DNA of 63,330 bases, the filler included. It is 5 parts of 5 records of this genome, joined end to end, with 100 filler letters (N's around TTAATTAATTAA, not from the genome) between each part and the next. Parts side by side here need not be neighbours in the genome. Positions count along the whole stretch, not along the records: positions 9,042 to 25,325 come from DRR723986_3985; positions 25,426 to 43,244 come from DRR723986_3986; 3 more parts are not named here. One strand, written 5' to 3'. A model generated the notes under the pieces. It worked only from the letters and a program-made list of their open reading frames with translations. It was not told the origin of the DNA and did no database searches. Both the position numbers and the translations under genes were made by a program. This document shows, piece after piece, positions 20,856-31,159 of this stretch (position 1 is the stretch's first letter; each line of letters opens with the position of its first letter).

Positions 20856-21844
20856 CCTATTCCCTTGCAATGCCTTGGGTTCTGACCTTGCTTCCTTTGC
20901 CATGGTTGGTTTGGCGGTTTCTGCCTCCACACCGGGATCGCGTAGCGGCCATCCGTGTTCCCTTTTTCCGCCAAATTACAGATGCTGCCGGCCTCGAAGC
21001 CCGTGCTGGTGCGGTCGTGTTACGGCGCAAACGGATCCAAGTATTTGCAGCAGTCGCTGTCTGGCTTCTCGTCATTGTCGGGCTTGCACGCCCGGAACGG
21101 TTGGACGAACCCGTCGTCGTAGAAACCGCCGCACGCGATGTGATTCTTGCGCTCGACATTTCCGGATCAATGGATGAACGCGATTTCAAAGCCGATGATG
21201 GATCGCGCCAACAGCGCCTGGACGCCGTCAAATCGGTGATCCGCAGCTTTATCGCCGAGCGCAGCGGTGATCGTATCGCACTGATCATCTTTGGGACGCG
21301 GGCCTATGTGCAGGCGCCCTTTACCGAAGATTTGCAAAGCTTAATTGCTTTTCTTGATCAAATCGTTGTCGGAATTGCAGGACCAAACACTGCACTAGGC
21401 GATGCGATTGGCTTGGGTATCCAAACTTTTGAGGCCAGCGAAGTCGACAAACGGTTGATGATTTTGCTGAGCGACGGGACCGATACTTCTAGCCGGATGA
21501 CCCCAATCAACGCGGCTCAGATTGCATCTGAAAAAGGTGTGGTCGTCTATACCGTCGGGGTTGGCGATCCTGATGCAACGGGCGAAAGTCGTGTGGACCT
21601 TGAAACACTGCAAGATATCGCAAATCGCACAGGGGGGCAGTTCTTTTTTGCCGACGACGAAACCGCGTTGACGGCAGTATATTCTGAGATCGACAAACAG
21701 AACCCGCGCGCCACTGAAACCTTGTCTTATCGGCCTCGACGCAGTCTTGCGCATCTCCCCTTGGCGCTCGCGCTTCTTATCGTTCTGGGAACTGTCACAG
21801 TGTTTACCTTTGCCCAACATCGCAAAACGAGGGCAAGCCAATGA
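20852..21844 (+). CDS. vWA-domain membrane protein (BatA-like)
   Basis: Intact MIDAS DISGS, TALGDAIG and LLSDG. Confidence 0.92.
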   Translation: MTYSLAMPWVLTLLPLPWLVWRFLPPHRDRVAAIRVPFFRQITDAAGLEARAGAVVLRRKRIQVFAAVAVWLLVIVGLARPERLDEPVVVETAARDVILALDISGSMDERDFKADDGSRQQRLDAVKSVIRSFIAERSGDRIALIIFGTRAYVQAPFTEDLQSLIAFLDQIVVGIAGPNTALGDAIGLGIQTFEASEVDKRLMILLSDGTDTSSRMTPINAAQIASEKGVVVYTVGVGDPDATGESRVDLETLQDIANRTGGQFFFADDETALTAVYSEIDKQNPRATETLSYRPRRSLAHLPLALALLIVLGTVTVFTFAQHRKTRASQ

Positions 21845-23364
21845 TCGAGGGCTTTGATCAGTTTCACTTCCTGCGCCCGTTTTGGATGTTGGCGGTCCCG
21901 TTGGTTGTTTTGCTATGGTATTTTGCGCGCCCGAAACGTCACACAAACGAACCCACAGCACAAGGGATCGCACCGCACTTGGCCAAGGCCCTGCAAGTCG
22001 GGGGCGGTCAATCGCATCGATTTCTGCCGATTGACGGGGTCATGGCATGTGGGCTGCTTCTCGTTTTTGCTGTCGCCGGCCCAACATGGAGCCGGATCCC
22101 GAACCCCTTGGTTGCAGAAACCGCACCGCTGGTCGTAGCGTTAAAAGTCACCGAAAGCATGGAGCAAAGTGATTTGGCGCCATCCAGATTGGAGCGCTCC
22201 AAATTCAAGATTCTTGACCTGATTGCAGCCCGTGCAGGGGCGCGAACAGCGTTGATCGCCTATTCCGGCACAGCACACCGTGTTGCCCCGCTAACCGAAG
22301 ACCCTAACATCCTCAGACCTCTGTTAGAGGGGCTATCCTCACCTGTTATGCCCGTCACAGGAGACGCAGCCGGTGACGCGTTGGAATTGGCCCTCGAAAA
22401 CATCGAGCAAGAGACCGCTCCGGGGGCGGTTCTGTTTGTTTTGGATGATATGGACCCTGCGCAAATCAACGCCTTCTCATCCGATCGCGCCCCGCCGCGC
22501 CCGCCTGTCGTTTTCCTGACCGCACTGCCCGCTGGATCTAAACTGTCACAGTTAGACAAAATCCCAAACGCCCAGATTGTAGAGATGACCGCAAATGACA
22601 GTGACATCTCAGCAATCGAGCGCGCTGTGCAATCCGCATACGCGGCAGCCTTAGCCGATGATAATCGCTTGGATTGGGATGACCGTGGCTGGATTTTGGG
22701 GTGGCCTGCCCTATTGTTAGTCCTCTGTTGGTTTCGGCGTGGTTGGACAATGAAGTGGCTTAGCATTGGAATATTTACAACCTTGGCGCTGGCGCCTCAA
22801 ACCAGCTACGCTGAAGGCTGGCAAGATTGGTTCTGGACACCTGATCAACAAGGTCAACGCGCCCTCAACGATAAGAAGTTCGCAAAAGCTGCGACATTGT
22901 TTCAAGATCCATATCTACAAGGCTATGCGGCCTACAAAGCGGGACAATACGCCGAAGCCACAGAAATGTTCACAGCCCAAACCACCGCTGATGCCGCATT
23001 TGCCGAAGGGATGGCCCGTATCCGAAACCGAGAATACCGGCCCGCCATCGCTGCCTTTGACAAGGCGCTCGAGCGTAAGCCGGGTTGGCAAGAAGCTGAA
23101 CAAAACCGCGATCTTGCCAAAGTTATTTTGGACTATGTGGAATCCAGCAGAGAGCAATCTGATACCGGCGAAGATTCTGGAATTGGAGCTGACGATGTTG
23201 TTTTTGACAACGCTGAAGCAAAGGGACAGGACACAGTGATCGAAGCCTCGGATACCGACGCACCACCGCTGACGTCTGACCAGTGGATTTCCAGCATTGA
23301 TACCGATATGGGGAAATTTCTGCGCAGTAGGTTCCTGCTTGATAATCAGCGGGTTCGCCAATGA
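21841..23364 (+). CDS. vWA + TPR protein (BatB/BatC-like fusion)
   Basis: HFLRP start, DLAPSRLER, WTPDQQG and TPR helices; MIDAS degenerate (KVTES). Confidence 0.88.
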   Translation: MIEGFDQFHFLRPFWMLAVPLVVLLWYFARPKRHTNEPTAQGIAPHLAKALQVGGGQSHRFLPIDGVMACGLLLVFAVAGPTWSRIPNPLVAETAPLVVALKVTESMEQSDLAPSRLERSKFKILDLIAARAGARTALIAYSGTAHRVAPLTEDPNILRPLLEGLSSPVMPVTGDAAGDALELALENIEQETAPGAVLFVLDDMDPAQINAFSSDRAPPRPPVVFLTALPAGSKLSQLDKIPNAQIVEMTANDSDISAIERAVQSAYAAALADDNRLDWDDRGWILGWPALLLVLCWFRRGWTMKWLSIGIFTTLALAPQTSYAEGWQDWFWTPDQQGQRALNDKKFAKAATLFQDPYLQGYAAYKAGQYAEATEMFTAQTTADAAFAEGMARIRNREYRPAIAAFDKALERKPGWQEAEQNRDLAKVILDYVESSREQSDTGEDSGIGADDVVFDNAEAKGQDTVIEASDTDAPPLTSDQWISSIDTDMGKFLRSRFLLDNQRVRQ

Positions 23365-24743
23365 AACGCATACTAATCTGGCTGTGTTTTCTTAGTTGTT
23401 TTGGTCTGCCGATCTTGGCCCAAACGCAACCAAGAGCCTCCTATCCCAAACCTTTGGCCAAAGAAAACGCAGTCCCGACTCCAAGCACCGGATCAAAAAC
23501 ACCCTCGCTCGGGCAACTCTCTGAAAGCCCAGCACAAATTGAGCCCTTGATCCGTGTCGAGATTCCTGACGAGGAAATCATCGTCGGACTACCTGTCGTC
23601 GTCCGGCTTACAGTTTTGGTTCCGACCTTCATGCCGAAACCGCCGGTGTATCCAAATTTCGAAGTTCCCAACCTGATGGTCCGACTTCCTGAACGCGCAA
23701 CCCAGCCAATCAGCGAAAAGATTAATGGGGAAACTTGGTCTGGAACAACCCGAAGTTATCGGTTGTACCCCTTGGTTGCTGCTGATTTTGACATCACCGC
23801 CCAAGATATTGTCATTACGTTCTCTGACTCAGCATCCACAGGCTCAGCGGTTCAGGTAAAGATGCCAATCCAGCCGATCCAGTTTACCGCGACACTTCCT
23901 GAAGGGGCTCAGTCGCTCTCCCCGCCAATTGTGGCACACGGTTTTTCGCTCAAACAAGAATTTGAAGGACAAGAACATCTGACATCTGGCGACGCATTTA
24001 CACGCCGCATAACAGCTACGATCGCCGGAACCACCGCTGTATTGATACCAGAGCTCATTCCCGCGCTAGAGCCAGGACCGCTGCGCCCATATCCTAAGTC
24101 CCCCCGTATCTCTGAGACCGAGAACCGCGGTGTGTTATCTGGCACACGGCAAGAAGAAGCAGTTTATATTGCTCAGGACGGCGGAACGGTTCAGCTTCCT
24201 GCTGTGTCATTCCAATGGTTTAATTTGAAAACTCAAACGCTTGAAACTGCAAAAGTAGATGGGCTTGAGCTAACCTTGGCCAATCCACCAAAACCGCCAA
24301 TTGACACACGATCCTTGGCACTATTCACTCTGTTTATTCTAACAGCTGCGACACTTACATACGGCATCTATCGCAGGTATCGCTCTGCTATTTCTGCATG
24401 GGTTTTCGCGCAGCATGAGCGAATTTTGGCCTCAGAAAAGCAGGCCAATCGTGATGTATTGAACGCAATACACCAACAAAATCTAGGTTTGGCCATTGAG
24501 GCGCTACGTCATTGGAAAAGTTTCTATTCAACTCTCGACTCACGCTTGGAAAGCAACGCATTATCAACCCTAACGAATATAGGGGGAAAGGAATTCAACT
24601 CATCCCCCTTGCCTGCTAGCTCACAAGATTGGAAGACCCTTAAACGGTCTTACCTGTCTGTTCGTCGCGATGCGCTTCAACGACACAAAAAGATAAAACA
24701 CGCGAATAAACTACCAAAACTGAATCCAACTGGGACATCGTGA
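23361..24743 (+). CDS. BatD-like exported protein
   Basis: Signal peptide, beta-sandwich repeats, WFNLKT, C-terminal TM and LPKLNP end. Confidence 0.82.
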   Translation: MKRILIWLCFLSCFGLPILAQTQPRASYPKPLAKENAVPTPSTGSKTPSLGQLSESPAQIEPLIRVEIPDEEIIVGLPVVVRLTVLVPTFMPKPPVYPNFEVPNLMVRLPERATQPISEKINGETWSGTTRSYRLYPLVAADFDITAQDIVITFSDSASTGSAVQVKMPIQPIQFTATLPEGAQSLSPPIVAHGFSLKQEFEGQEHLTSGDAFTRRITATIAGTTAVLIPELIPALEPGPLRPYPKSPRISETENRGVLSGTRQEEAVYIAQDGGTVQLPAVSFQWFNLKTQTLETAKVDGLELTLANPPKPPIDTRSLALFTLFILTAATLTYGIYRRYRSAISAWVFAQHERILASEKQANRDVLNAIHQQNLGLAIEALRHWKSFYSTLDSRLESNALSTLTNIGGKEFNSSPLPASSQDWKTLKRSYLSVRRDALQRHKKIKHANKLPKLNPTGTS

Positions 24744-24848
24744 TTGATCAAGAACAAGACGCCACGCTCTGCCGGACTACATAAGCAATACGTACAGACC
24801 AACCATCAAAGAATTTTCAAGTTCAGATTGCCAACAAAGGAGGCTTAA

Positions 24849-25325
24849 ATGAACCTTATCCGAAACAGCCTAAAGCTTGTTTCGATTGCTGTAACTGCAA
24901 CCGTGGTCAGTGCCACGGTTGGGTTTAGCGCCGATGGCGACAAACCAAATATCCTCGTCATTTGGGGCGACGATATCGGGCAATCAAACATCTCAGCATA
25001 CACCATGGGGTTGATGGGATATCGCACCCCCAACATCGACCGTGTTGCAAACGAGGGAATGATTTTCACCGACTACTACGGTGAACAGTCCTGTACTGCT
25101 GGTCGATCTTCCTTCATCACCGGTCAGTCGGTCTTTAGGACAGGTCTGTCCAAAGTTGGCATGCCCGGTGCCCCCGAAGGCATGCAGGTTGAAGATCCCA
25201 CAATCGCTGGCCTGCTCAAAGCACGCGGCTATGCCACGGGTCAGTTTGGCAAAAATCACTTGGGCGACCGGGATGAAATGCTGCCAACCAACCATGGCTT
25301 TGATGAATTCTTTGGCAATCTCTAC
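24849..25325 (+). CDS. Arylsulfatase (S1, Cys-type), truncated
   Basis: Signal peptide; KPNILVIWGDD, TPNID, SCTAGR (CxAxR formylglycine motif) and GKNHLG. Confidence 0.95.
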
Positions 25326-25425
25326 NNNNNNNNNNNNNNNNNNNNNNNNNNNNNNNNNNNNNNNNNNNNTTAATTAATTAANNNNNNNNNNNNNNNNNNN
25401 NNNNNNNNNNNNNNNNNNNNNNNNN
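25326..25425. other. Artificial contig linker
   Basis: Same N44-TTAATTAATTAA-N44 linker. Confidence 0.99.
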
Positions 25426-25469
25426 AGGCTTTTTGATTGTTTTGTTTGGCACTGATCCATCAACGACAA

Positions 25470-25632
25470 GTCTCTCAGCCGACTTGAGGCTCAAGACTCA
25501 ACGACAAGAGACTTAAACACTCAGCGACTTAACTCTTGAGACTCAGCGATTAACAAAAAGAAAACAGCAAGCCGGCAAGTGTAACGCCGCTGGCGAAGCG
25601 CTCAAAGCTACAATCAAACAGCGACTTAAACA
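25470..25632. repeat. Degenerate 7-8 nt tandem repeat tract
   Basis: GACTTGA, GGCTCAA, GACTCAA, GACTTAA, CACTCAG, GACTTAA, GACTCAG units; one further GACTTAA near 25625. Confidence 0.55.
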
Positions 25633-25639
25633 AACACCA

Positions 25640-27211
25640 TCACTCACCAAGAATCTCGTCCAGCGTCGCTTCTACCAAACTTTGATCGGCCACAATATAT
25701 TGACTATCGGCAGCCGTGTTAACTTTCGCCTGACTATCAATTGCCGCCAAAATCCCCTCGGCAGTATCGGCGTACAGGAATGCGCCACTGCTACAGAAAT
25801 CGTGCATCAACGTGCGGCCATTCGGGTGAATAATTACGGGCTGGGCGCCAAATGCCAGAGCCTCATACGCAACTGTAGACCACTGCGTAATACAAACTTT
25901 CATGTGGCGCAGCATGCCATACAGCGGCATAGAGCCGGCGCGCTCCAACTCCACCCGTTTAAGCAAGGGCCCCAGACGTTCGTGCAGTTCCGGCATGCGG
26001 TTGCGCATACGCGGATGCGGGCGCAGGAACCACTTAACATTTTCAGCCGACTGTTTAATAGCCTCCAACAAATGCTCCGGCAGCGGATCACCGACGGGTT
26101 GCAGAGCCACCATTACGTTAACATCAGAATCACTAAAGATATCGCGAAAATCCGGCTCGCGCGCTTCGTCCGTTTCAAATCCACAGTCGCGCCAGAGTGA
26201 CAGCCAGGAACTACCGCCCAACACAACCTTGTGCCGTGTTGTGTGCCCACACCAGGCATCCAGGCGCGCCTTGCTCGGAGCGCCCCACATCCAGAAATGG
26301 CTCGGCAGCAGCTCATAACCGGCTTTAGGCACGCGCGCCCAATGTGTATACATCAAATGGTGATCACCCTGCTGACCATGCTGCAACTCCACCGTGTTAA
26401 CACCGGCAGCATTACAGGCCAGGATTGCCGCAAACGAAATCTCATCGTAGAAACACGTCAGGAACAAGGCCTTGGGCGCATACTCACGCAGATATTCGGC
26501 AAAGATGTTTTGGTAGGCGAAGATTCTTTCGAGTTTATCAATGACCGTGACGTGTGTAGCCGCAAATGTTAAACCCTGCGCATCCAGCGCCTGGCGGAAC
26601 TCGGCCCAACCTTCGATCAGTTCACTACGCAGACTACCACGCAGCAAATTGCCCGCGCAGCGAATACTTTGTTTAAGTGCCACTCCCGCCAGTTGTGCAT
26701 CCAAAAGCAGGGACGTGCCGCAGCGTGGTGTTAAATAGTTGGCGTCATCCGAATACTCAAGCATCAGGGCCGTACGGCCGGAGCCATCATTAAACGGCAG
26801 GCTATTAAAAAAGGGGTTAAACAACTTGCCGTCAACGCGTTCGCGGCGCTGATTATTCTTGGCTAAAAACAATGCGTCAACCGGGCCGTGAATATGTGCA
26901 ATCCCACCCGGATCTTCCTGCTCCACACTTTCAATCATGCTGCGGCGGCGCAGGTACTCACGCCAACGAAACAGGACGGCAGGCAGAGGCATAAAACTGT
27001 TAACAACCGGATTGCGGCGCTCCAGCTTTTTAGCAAAAGCGACAACTTTTCCGTAGGAACCAGGCGGCACCAATTCCTGCCACATAGCACGTGTTAACAA
27101 CAAACGCAGCAGTGGCCAGATTTGCAGTGAGCGGTAACGCAAGGTCGTGACGTCAAAGTCGCGCTCCAGGGCGTTCAGGCGTTTGAGAATGTCTTTATGA
27201 TGTTCGCTCAT
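25640..27211 (-). CDS. Putative GT-B glycosyltransferase (sialyltransferase/capsule-polymerase-like)
   Basis: LQHG, RPHP and WSTVAYEA motifs typical of CMP/CDP-donor GT-B enzymes; sits in a NeuAB cluster. Confidence 0.65.
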   Translation of the reverse strand: MSEHHKDILKRLNALERDFDVTTLRYRSLQIWPLLRLLLTRAMWQELVPPGSYGKVVAFAKKLERRNPVVNSFMPLPAVLFRWREYLRRRSMIESVEQEDPGGIAHIHGPVDALFLAKNNQRRERVDGKLFNPFFNSLPFNDGSGRTALMLEYSDDANYLTPRCGTSLLLDAQLAGVALKQSIRCAGNLLRGSLRSELIEGWAEFRQALDAQGLTFAATHVTVIDKLERIFAYQNIFAEYLREYAPKALFLTCFYDEISFAAILACNAAGVNTVELQHGQQGDHHLMYTHWARVPKAGYELLPSHFWMWGAPSKARLDAWCGHTTRHKVVLGGSSWLSLWRDCGFETDEAREPDFRDIFSDSDVNVMVALQPVGDPLPEHLLEAIKQSAENVKWFLRPHPRMRNRMPELHERLGPLLKRVELERAGSMPLYGMLRHMKVCITQWSTVAYEALAFGAQPVIIHPNGRTLMHDFCSSGAFLYADTAEGILAAIDSQAKVNTAADSQYIVADQSLVEATLDEILGE

Positions 27212-28610
27212 GCTGTAGCGCGGCCGCGACGGCTTCGATTTTGTTTACATCGATGTCCTTATGCGTCGGCAGTGACAGTCCGCGCTCAGAGATATATTTA
27301 CTCACGGTAGCAGAGCGGCTATACTCTTTGTAGACCGGCATGTCGCTGAGCGAATAGAACGACGGACGTGCGTCGATACCTGCTTTTTTAAGGCGTTCAA
27401 TCACTGCAGAACGATCGCCCACCACCAGCGCACTCACCAGCCAGACTACCTTGCGGCGGTGTTCCAGATCGCCACGCTGGAATTCGAATAAGCCCGTATC
27501 CTTCAAAGCCACGTGATAGGCCTTTTCGATGGCATCACGATTGGTGATTATTTCTTCGATGCGCTCCAGCTGTGCACAACCGATCGCCGCCTGCAGGTTG
27601 GTCATGCGAAAGTTATAACCAATTTCGTCGTGCCAGTAACGCTTGGTTTTGTTCATTCCGTGGTCGCGCAGCACACGCATGCGCTCGTCCAATTCCGGCG
27701 AGTTCGTCACGCACATTCCGCCTTCACCGGTCGTAATCACCTTGTTGCCAAAGAAGGAAAAACAGCCGATATGTCCAATTGACCCAACGCGCCGTCCGCG
27801 ATAGCGGGCGCCATGTGCCTCGGCGGCATCTTCAACTACATGCAGCTTGTGCTCTTCGGCCAGCTGCATGATAGCGTCCATATTGGCAGGCTGACCATAG
27901 ATGTGCACCGGCATGATTGCTTTGGTGCGCGGCGTAATATGTTTGCGAACTTCGGCGGGATCAATGCACCAGGACTCGCGCTCAACGTCCACAATTACCG
28001 GTGTGGCACCTGCATGAATCACCGCATTGGCTGAGGCAGCAAATGTAAAGTCGGGCACGATGACTTCATCGCCGGGACCAACGCCCAGCGCAGCCAACGC
28101 CAGGTGCAGTGCCACTGTTCCATTGCTGGTGGCAACACCGTGTTTGCATTCACAGAACTCGGCAAATCCTTCTTCAAACTGCGTCAGATACTTGCCCGAG
28201 CTGGAGATCCAGGTCGAAAGTACGGCGTCGGTAACGTAGCGCAGTTCATTGCCGCCCAGATCGGGCATCGCCACCGGAATATGTACGCGGTGGTCATAGC
28301 GGAAATAGTTGACAACTTCGCCATCGGCATTCACGAGTGGAATCACCCGAATTTTGCGATTGGCCTTGGCCATCAATTCATTGACGTCATCACCAACCTG
28401 GCCATGCACGTAGTCGCCAAGCGGCAATTCACGCAGCATGTCGTCCAGCGATCCGCCACCCAGCAGCCAGCGGCGCACGTCACCATCTGTCAGTACTCCC
28501 GACAGCTTGCCGGCCGCGTCATTGACAAAAGCAATGCCAACGGGCTCGGCATTGATAGCCGCCAGAGCCTGGCGCAGGGAGTTGTTCAAAGTTGTAATGG
28601 AATCTTGCAC
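27195..28610 (-). CDS. CBS-pair + DegT/DnrJ sugar aminotransferase fusion
   Basis: N-terminal GVLTDGDVRR CBS pair; NGTVALHL, EDAAEA and SFFGNKVITTGEGG (PLP Lys). Confidence 0.93.
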   Translation of the reverse strand: MQDSITTLNNSLRQALAAINAEPVGIAFVNDAAGKLSGVLTDGDVRRWLLGGGSLDDMLRELPLGDYVHGQVGDDVNELMAKANRKIRVIPLVNADGEVVNYFRYDHRVHIPVAMPDLGGNELRYVTDAVLSTWISSSGKYLTQFEEGFAEFCECKHGVATSNGTVALHLALAALGVGPGDEVIVPDFTFAASANAVIHAGATPVIVDVERESWCIDPAEVRKHITPRTKAIMPVHIYGQPANMDAIMQLAEEHKLHVVEDAAEAHGARYRGRRVGSIGHIGCFSFFGNKVITTGEGGMCVTNSPELDERMRVLRDHGMNKTKRYWHDEIGYNFRMTNLQAAIGCAQLERIEEIITNRDAIEKAYHVALKDTGLFEFQRGDLEHRRKVVWLVSALVVGDRSAVIERLKKAGIDARPSFYSLSDMPVYKEYSRSATVSKYISERGLSLPTHKDIDVNKIEAVAAALQHERTS

Positions 28611-29464
28611 TAAACCTCCAGCAACTGGCGCAGGACGTCATGTGAACGCCGCACAATTTCCAGATCGCGATACACTTCCAGCGTAAAAATTTTGCCGCGC
28701 AGGTCCGCTTGAACCAGCGCGTTGTAAATTTCTCCAACGGGCTCCAGGCCACCGTTACTGTCAACCGTCCCGTCGTTATCACTGATGTGCACGTAGTCGG
28801 ATTGGGTCAACAAGAATTGCACCTGCTCGCCAAAGTCAAGTCCCTGCGTACGCGAGCTGACCTTCAGGTGCGCCAGATCCAGTAGCAGATTAAAGTCCAC
28901 CTTGGCACGCAACTCCTCAAAACCCGCGCTGTCCGTCAGGAAAAACGGGTTGACGCCGGCATAACTGGCCGCATTTGGCGCAGAGAATACGTTGTTCTCG
29001 ATATACAACTGCACATCGGGATACTTGTCGTTCAGGTCGGTCACAGCCTTACAAAACCTGGCTTGAGCTTCTTGTTTGTCGAAGAGCCGCAAGCGATCAA
29101 TTTTTTGGCCTATCTGCGCGAGGGGAATGTCAATCAAAAAGCCGGCGTGATATCCGTAGCGTTTGGCGCCCAGAACTTTTGAGAGCTCGGCGGCACGGCC
29201 CACCTGCGCAAAACTGGCATCGAATGTAGCTTCATCCAGCGAAGCCAGATTGAGCACAAAGTGTTTTTGCGGCGGTGGAAAATAGTTGTGGCACAAGTAT
29301 TCCAGTTCGAATTCAGCTTTGAGTGCCAGCAGCTCATCCGGCAGCGCGTCGTACCATTCCGTTCCGCCGGAAAGCTCGATGCAGCGAAAGTCGGCCTGCG
29401 CCAGGGTGCGCACCGCATCGCTGATTTTGGCTGCGCGGACGCAGGATGAAGAAACATAAATCAT
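28610..29464 (-). CDS. TIM-barrel sugar-phosphate isomerase/epimerase-family protein
   Basis: IELSGG, HNYFPPP, HAGF, IENN, DLAHL, HISDN and LE metal-ligand pattern. Confidence 0.8.
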   Translation of the reverse strand: MIYVSSSCVRAAKISDAVRTLAQADFRCIELSGGTEWYDALPDELLALKAEFELEYLCHNYFPPPQKHFVLNLASLDEATFDASFAQVGRAAELSKVLGAKRYGYHAGFLIDIPLAQIGQKIDRLRLFDKQEAQARFCKAVTDLNDKYPDVQLYIENNVFSAPNAASYAGVNPFFLTDSAGFEELRAKVDFNLLLDLAHLKVSSRTQGLDFGEQVQFLLTQSDYVHISDNDGTVDSNGGLEPVGEIYNALVQADLRGKIFTLEVYRDLEIVRRSHDVLRQLLEV

Positions 29465-30072
29465 GCGCGCCTCCGTGCCGGAATTCCGGTGTACACTCCT
29501 GCCTCAGTAATATCGCGGCTAACAACGGCACCAGAACCGATCACCGCAGCATCACAAACTGTTAGACCTGGATTTATTACTGCGCCGGCACCAACCAGCA
29601 CGCGCTCGCCGATCCGCACACGGCCGCACAAAACCGCGCCGACAGCCACATGGCTATGCGCACCAATCTGCGACTCATGTTCAACGATACATCCGGAATT
29701 GATGATGCAATTATCGCCGATCTGCACATCACAATTGATGAATGCCCGCGCAAAAACCTGTACTCCCCTGCCGATATTTGTCCAGTCTTCGACCGTGGCG
29801 GACGGATGCACCAGCGGCGCATGCAACAGCGTAGCTTGATAACAGTCAAACAGCGACTGACGGCGGCTGTTATCACCAACGGCGAGGGCGACTGGTTCTT
29901 TGTCAGGAATAGAGGTTAATGGACCGCGCAGCTTAACTCCCTGAATTTCTTCGGGGTGCTGCGGGTCAAACGAGTCGTCGTAGACGGCATTAAGCACAAA
30001 ACCACAACGCCGCAGCAATCCCATCAGGGAGTGTGCATGTCCGCCGGCGCCAATGATACTGCAGCTCTGCAT
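29461..30072 (-). CDS. NeuD/PglD-family sugar acetyltransferase
   Basis: IGAGGHA, AVGDNSRR, VEHE and hexapeptide repeats. Confidence 0.92.
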   Translation of the reverse strand: MQSCSIIGAGGHAHSLMGLLRRCGFVLNAVYDDSFDPQHPEEIQGVKLRGPLTSIPDKEPVALAVGDNSRRQSLFDCYQATLLHAPLVHPSATVEDWTNIGRGVQVFARAFINCDVQIGDNCIINSGCIVEHESQIGAHSHVAVGAVLCGRVRIGERVLVGAGAVINPGLTVCDAAVIGSGAVVSRDITEAGVYTGIPARRRA

Positions 30073-31118
30073 TACAGCTCGATAATTTCGTTAACTGAAT
30101 AACGTTTGCTTGCGCTGCGGCCGATGACTTCGCGGAAGAACAGCGGTGAGATTCCGCGTCCACCGGTGCGCTTGGCAATCAGGTCTTCAGCGGCAATCAC
30201 CTGGCCGGCTTCTATAGGGCGCGCCGCCACCAGGCACTTTTGCAATGAGGCGCGCGTGCCCAGCTCGGAGATTGTCGGCTTTTTGACTGCGCCACCCAGG
30301 TACTGCTCAATGCGGCGCACCTGTGACACAAAGTCTTTGAGTTCTTTTGGATCCAGCGAAGCGCGGTGATCCGGGCCGTCGGCATCCTTGTTTAAGGTAA
30401 AGTGTTTTTCAACTACACGCGCACCCATCGGCACGGAGTATGGCGCCGCACCAACACCCACCGAGTGATCAGAATAACCGACCAGAATGTTAAAGTGCTG
30501 TTTAAATGTTTCGATGACGTTCAGGTTGGCTTCCGTATCCAGAATCGGATAATTGGCCGTACACTGCAGCAAAACCACATCCTGGTTAAACGCCGCAATT
30601 TCTTGCAGCGCCATCTCAATTTCGCTCAGGAAGGTCATGCCTGTCGAAAGGAAGATCGGTTTGCCTTTTTTGGCCAGCTTAATCAGAAAGGGCAGATTGG
30701 TTGTATCTGTGGAGGCAACTTTATAGGCCGCCAGGTCGAGTGCATCCAACTCGTCGATACTGACTTCATCAAAAGGTGTAATCAGGAATGTTAAGCCGGC
30801 GGCGTCACAGTAGTCCTTTAGCTCGCGATACTGATCCTGTGCCAGCTCCAGCTTGCGCAGCATATCAGCCTGCGACTCGGCTTGGTCGGTCGTCTGTTTC
30901 TGGTAACCGGCCTTGGCGACGTCGTCCAGAATCAGATGTTCGGTCCTGAAGGCCTGGAACTTAACGGCATCCGCACCAGCCGCGGCCGCACAGTCGATTA
31001 ACTGGCGCGCAAGTGCCATGTCACCGCCGTGGTTAACACCGGCCTCGGCGATAATGTAGACCGGATCATGCGCTGAGATACGGCGCGTGCCCAGTTGAAT
31101 TTCCTGCGAGAATTGCAT
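30072..31118 (-). CDS. Nonulosonic acid synthase (NeuB family), near-canonical copy
   Basis: IAEAGVNHGG, VKFQ, LSTGM, GYSDH and EKHFTL; C-terminal SAF domain. Confidence 0.95.
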   Translation of the reverse strand: MQFSQEIQLGTRRISAHDPVYIIAEAGVNHGGDMALARQLIDCAAAAGADAVKFQAFRTEHLILDDVAKAGYQKQTTDQAESQADMLRKLELAQDQYRELKDYCDAAGLTFLITPFDEVSIDELDALDLAAYKVASTDTTNLPFLIKLAKKGKPIFLSTGMTFLSEIEMALQEIAAFNQDVVLLQCTANYPILDTEANLNVIETFKQHFNILVGYSDHSVGVGAAPYSVPMGARVVEKHFTLNKDADGPDHRASLDPKELKDFVSQVRRIEQYLGGAVKKPTISELGTRASLQKCLVAARPIEAGQVIAAEDLIAKRTGGRGISPLFFREVIGRSASKRYSVNEIIEL

Positions 31119-31159
31119 GCAATTAGCCCTTGAAATCAGCAGCCAAAAATTCTGATTGT

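Noticed and set aside
25426..25640. CRISPR array
   Set aside because: Repeats are 7-8 nt and degenerate, with no repeat-spacer periodicity or cas genes
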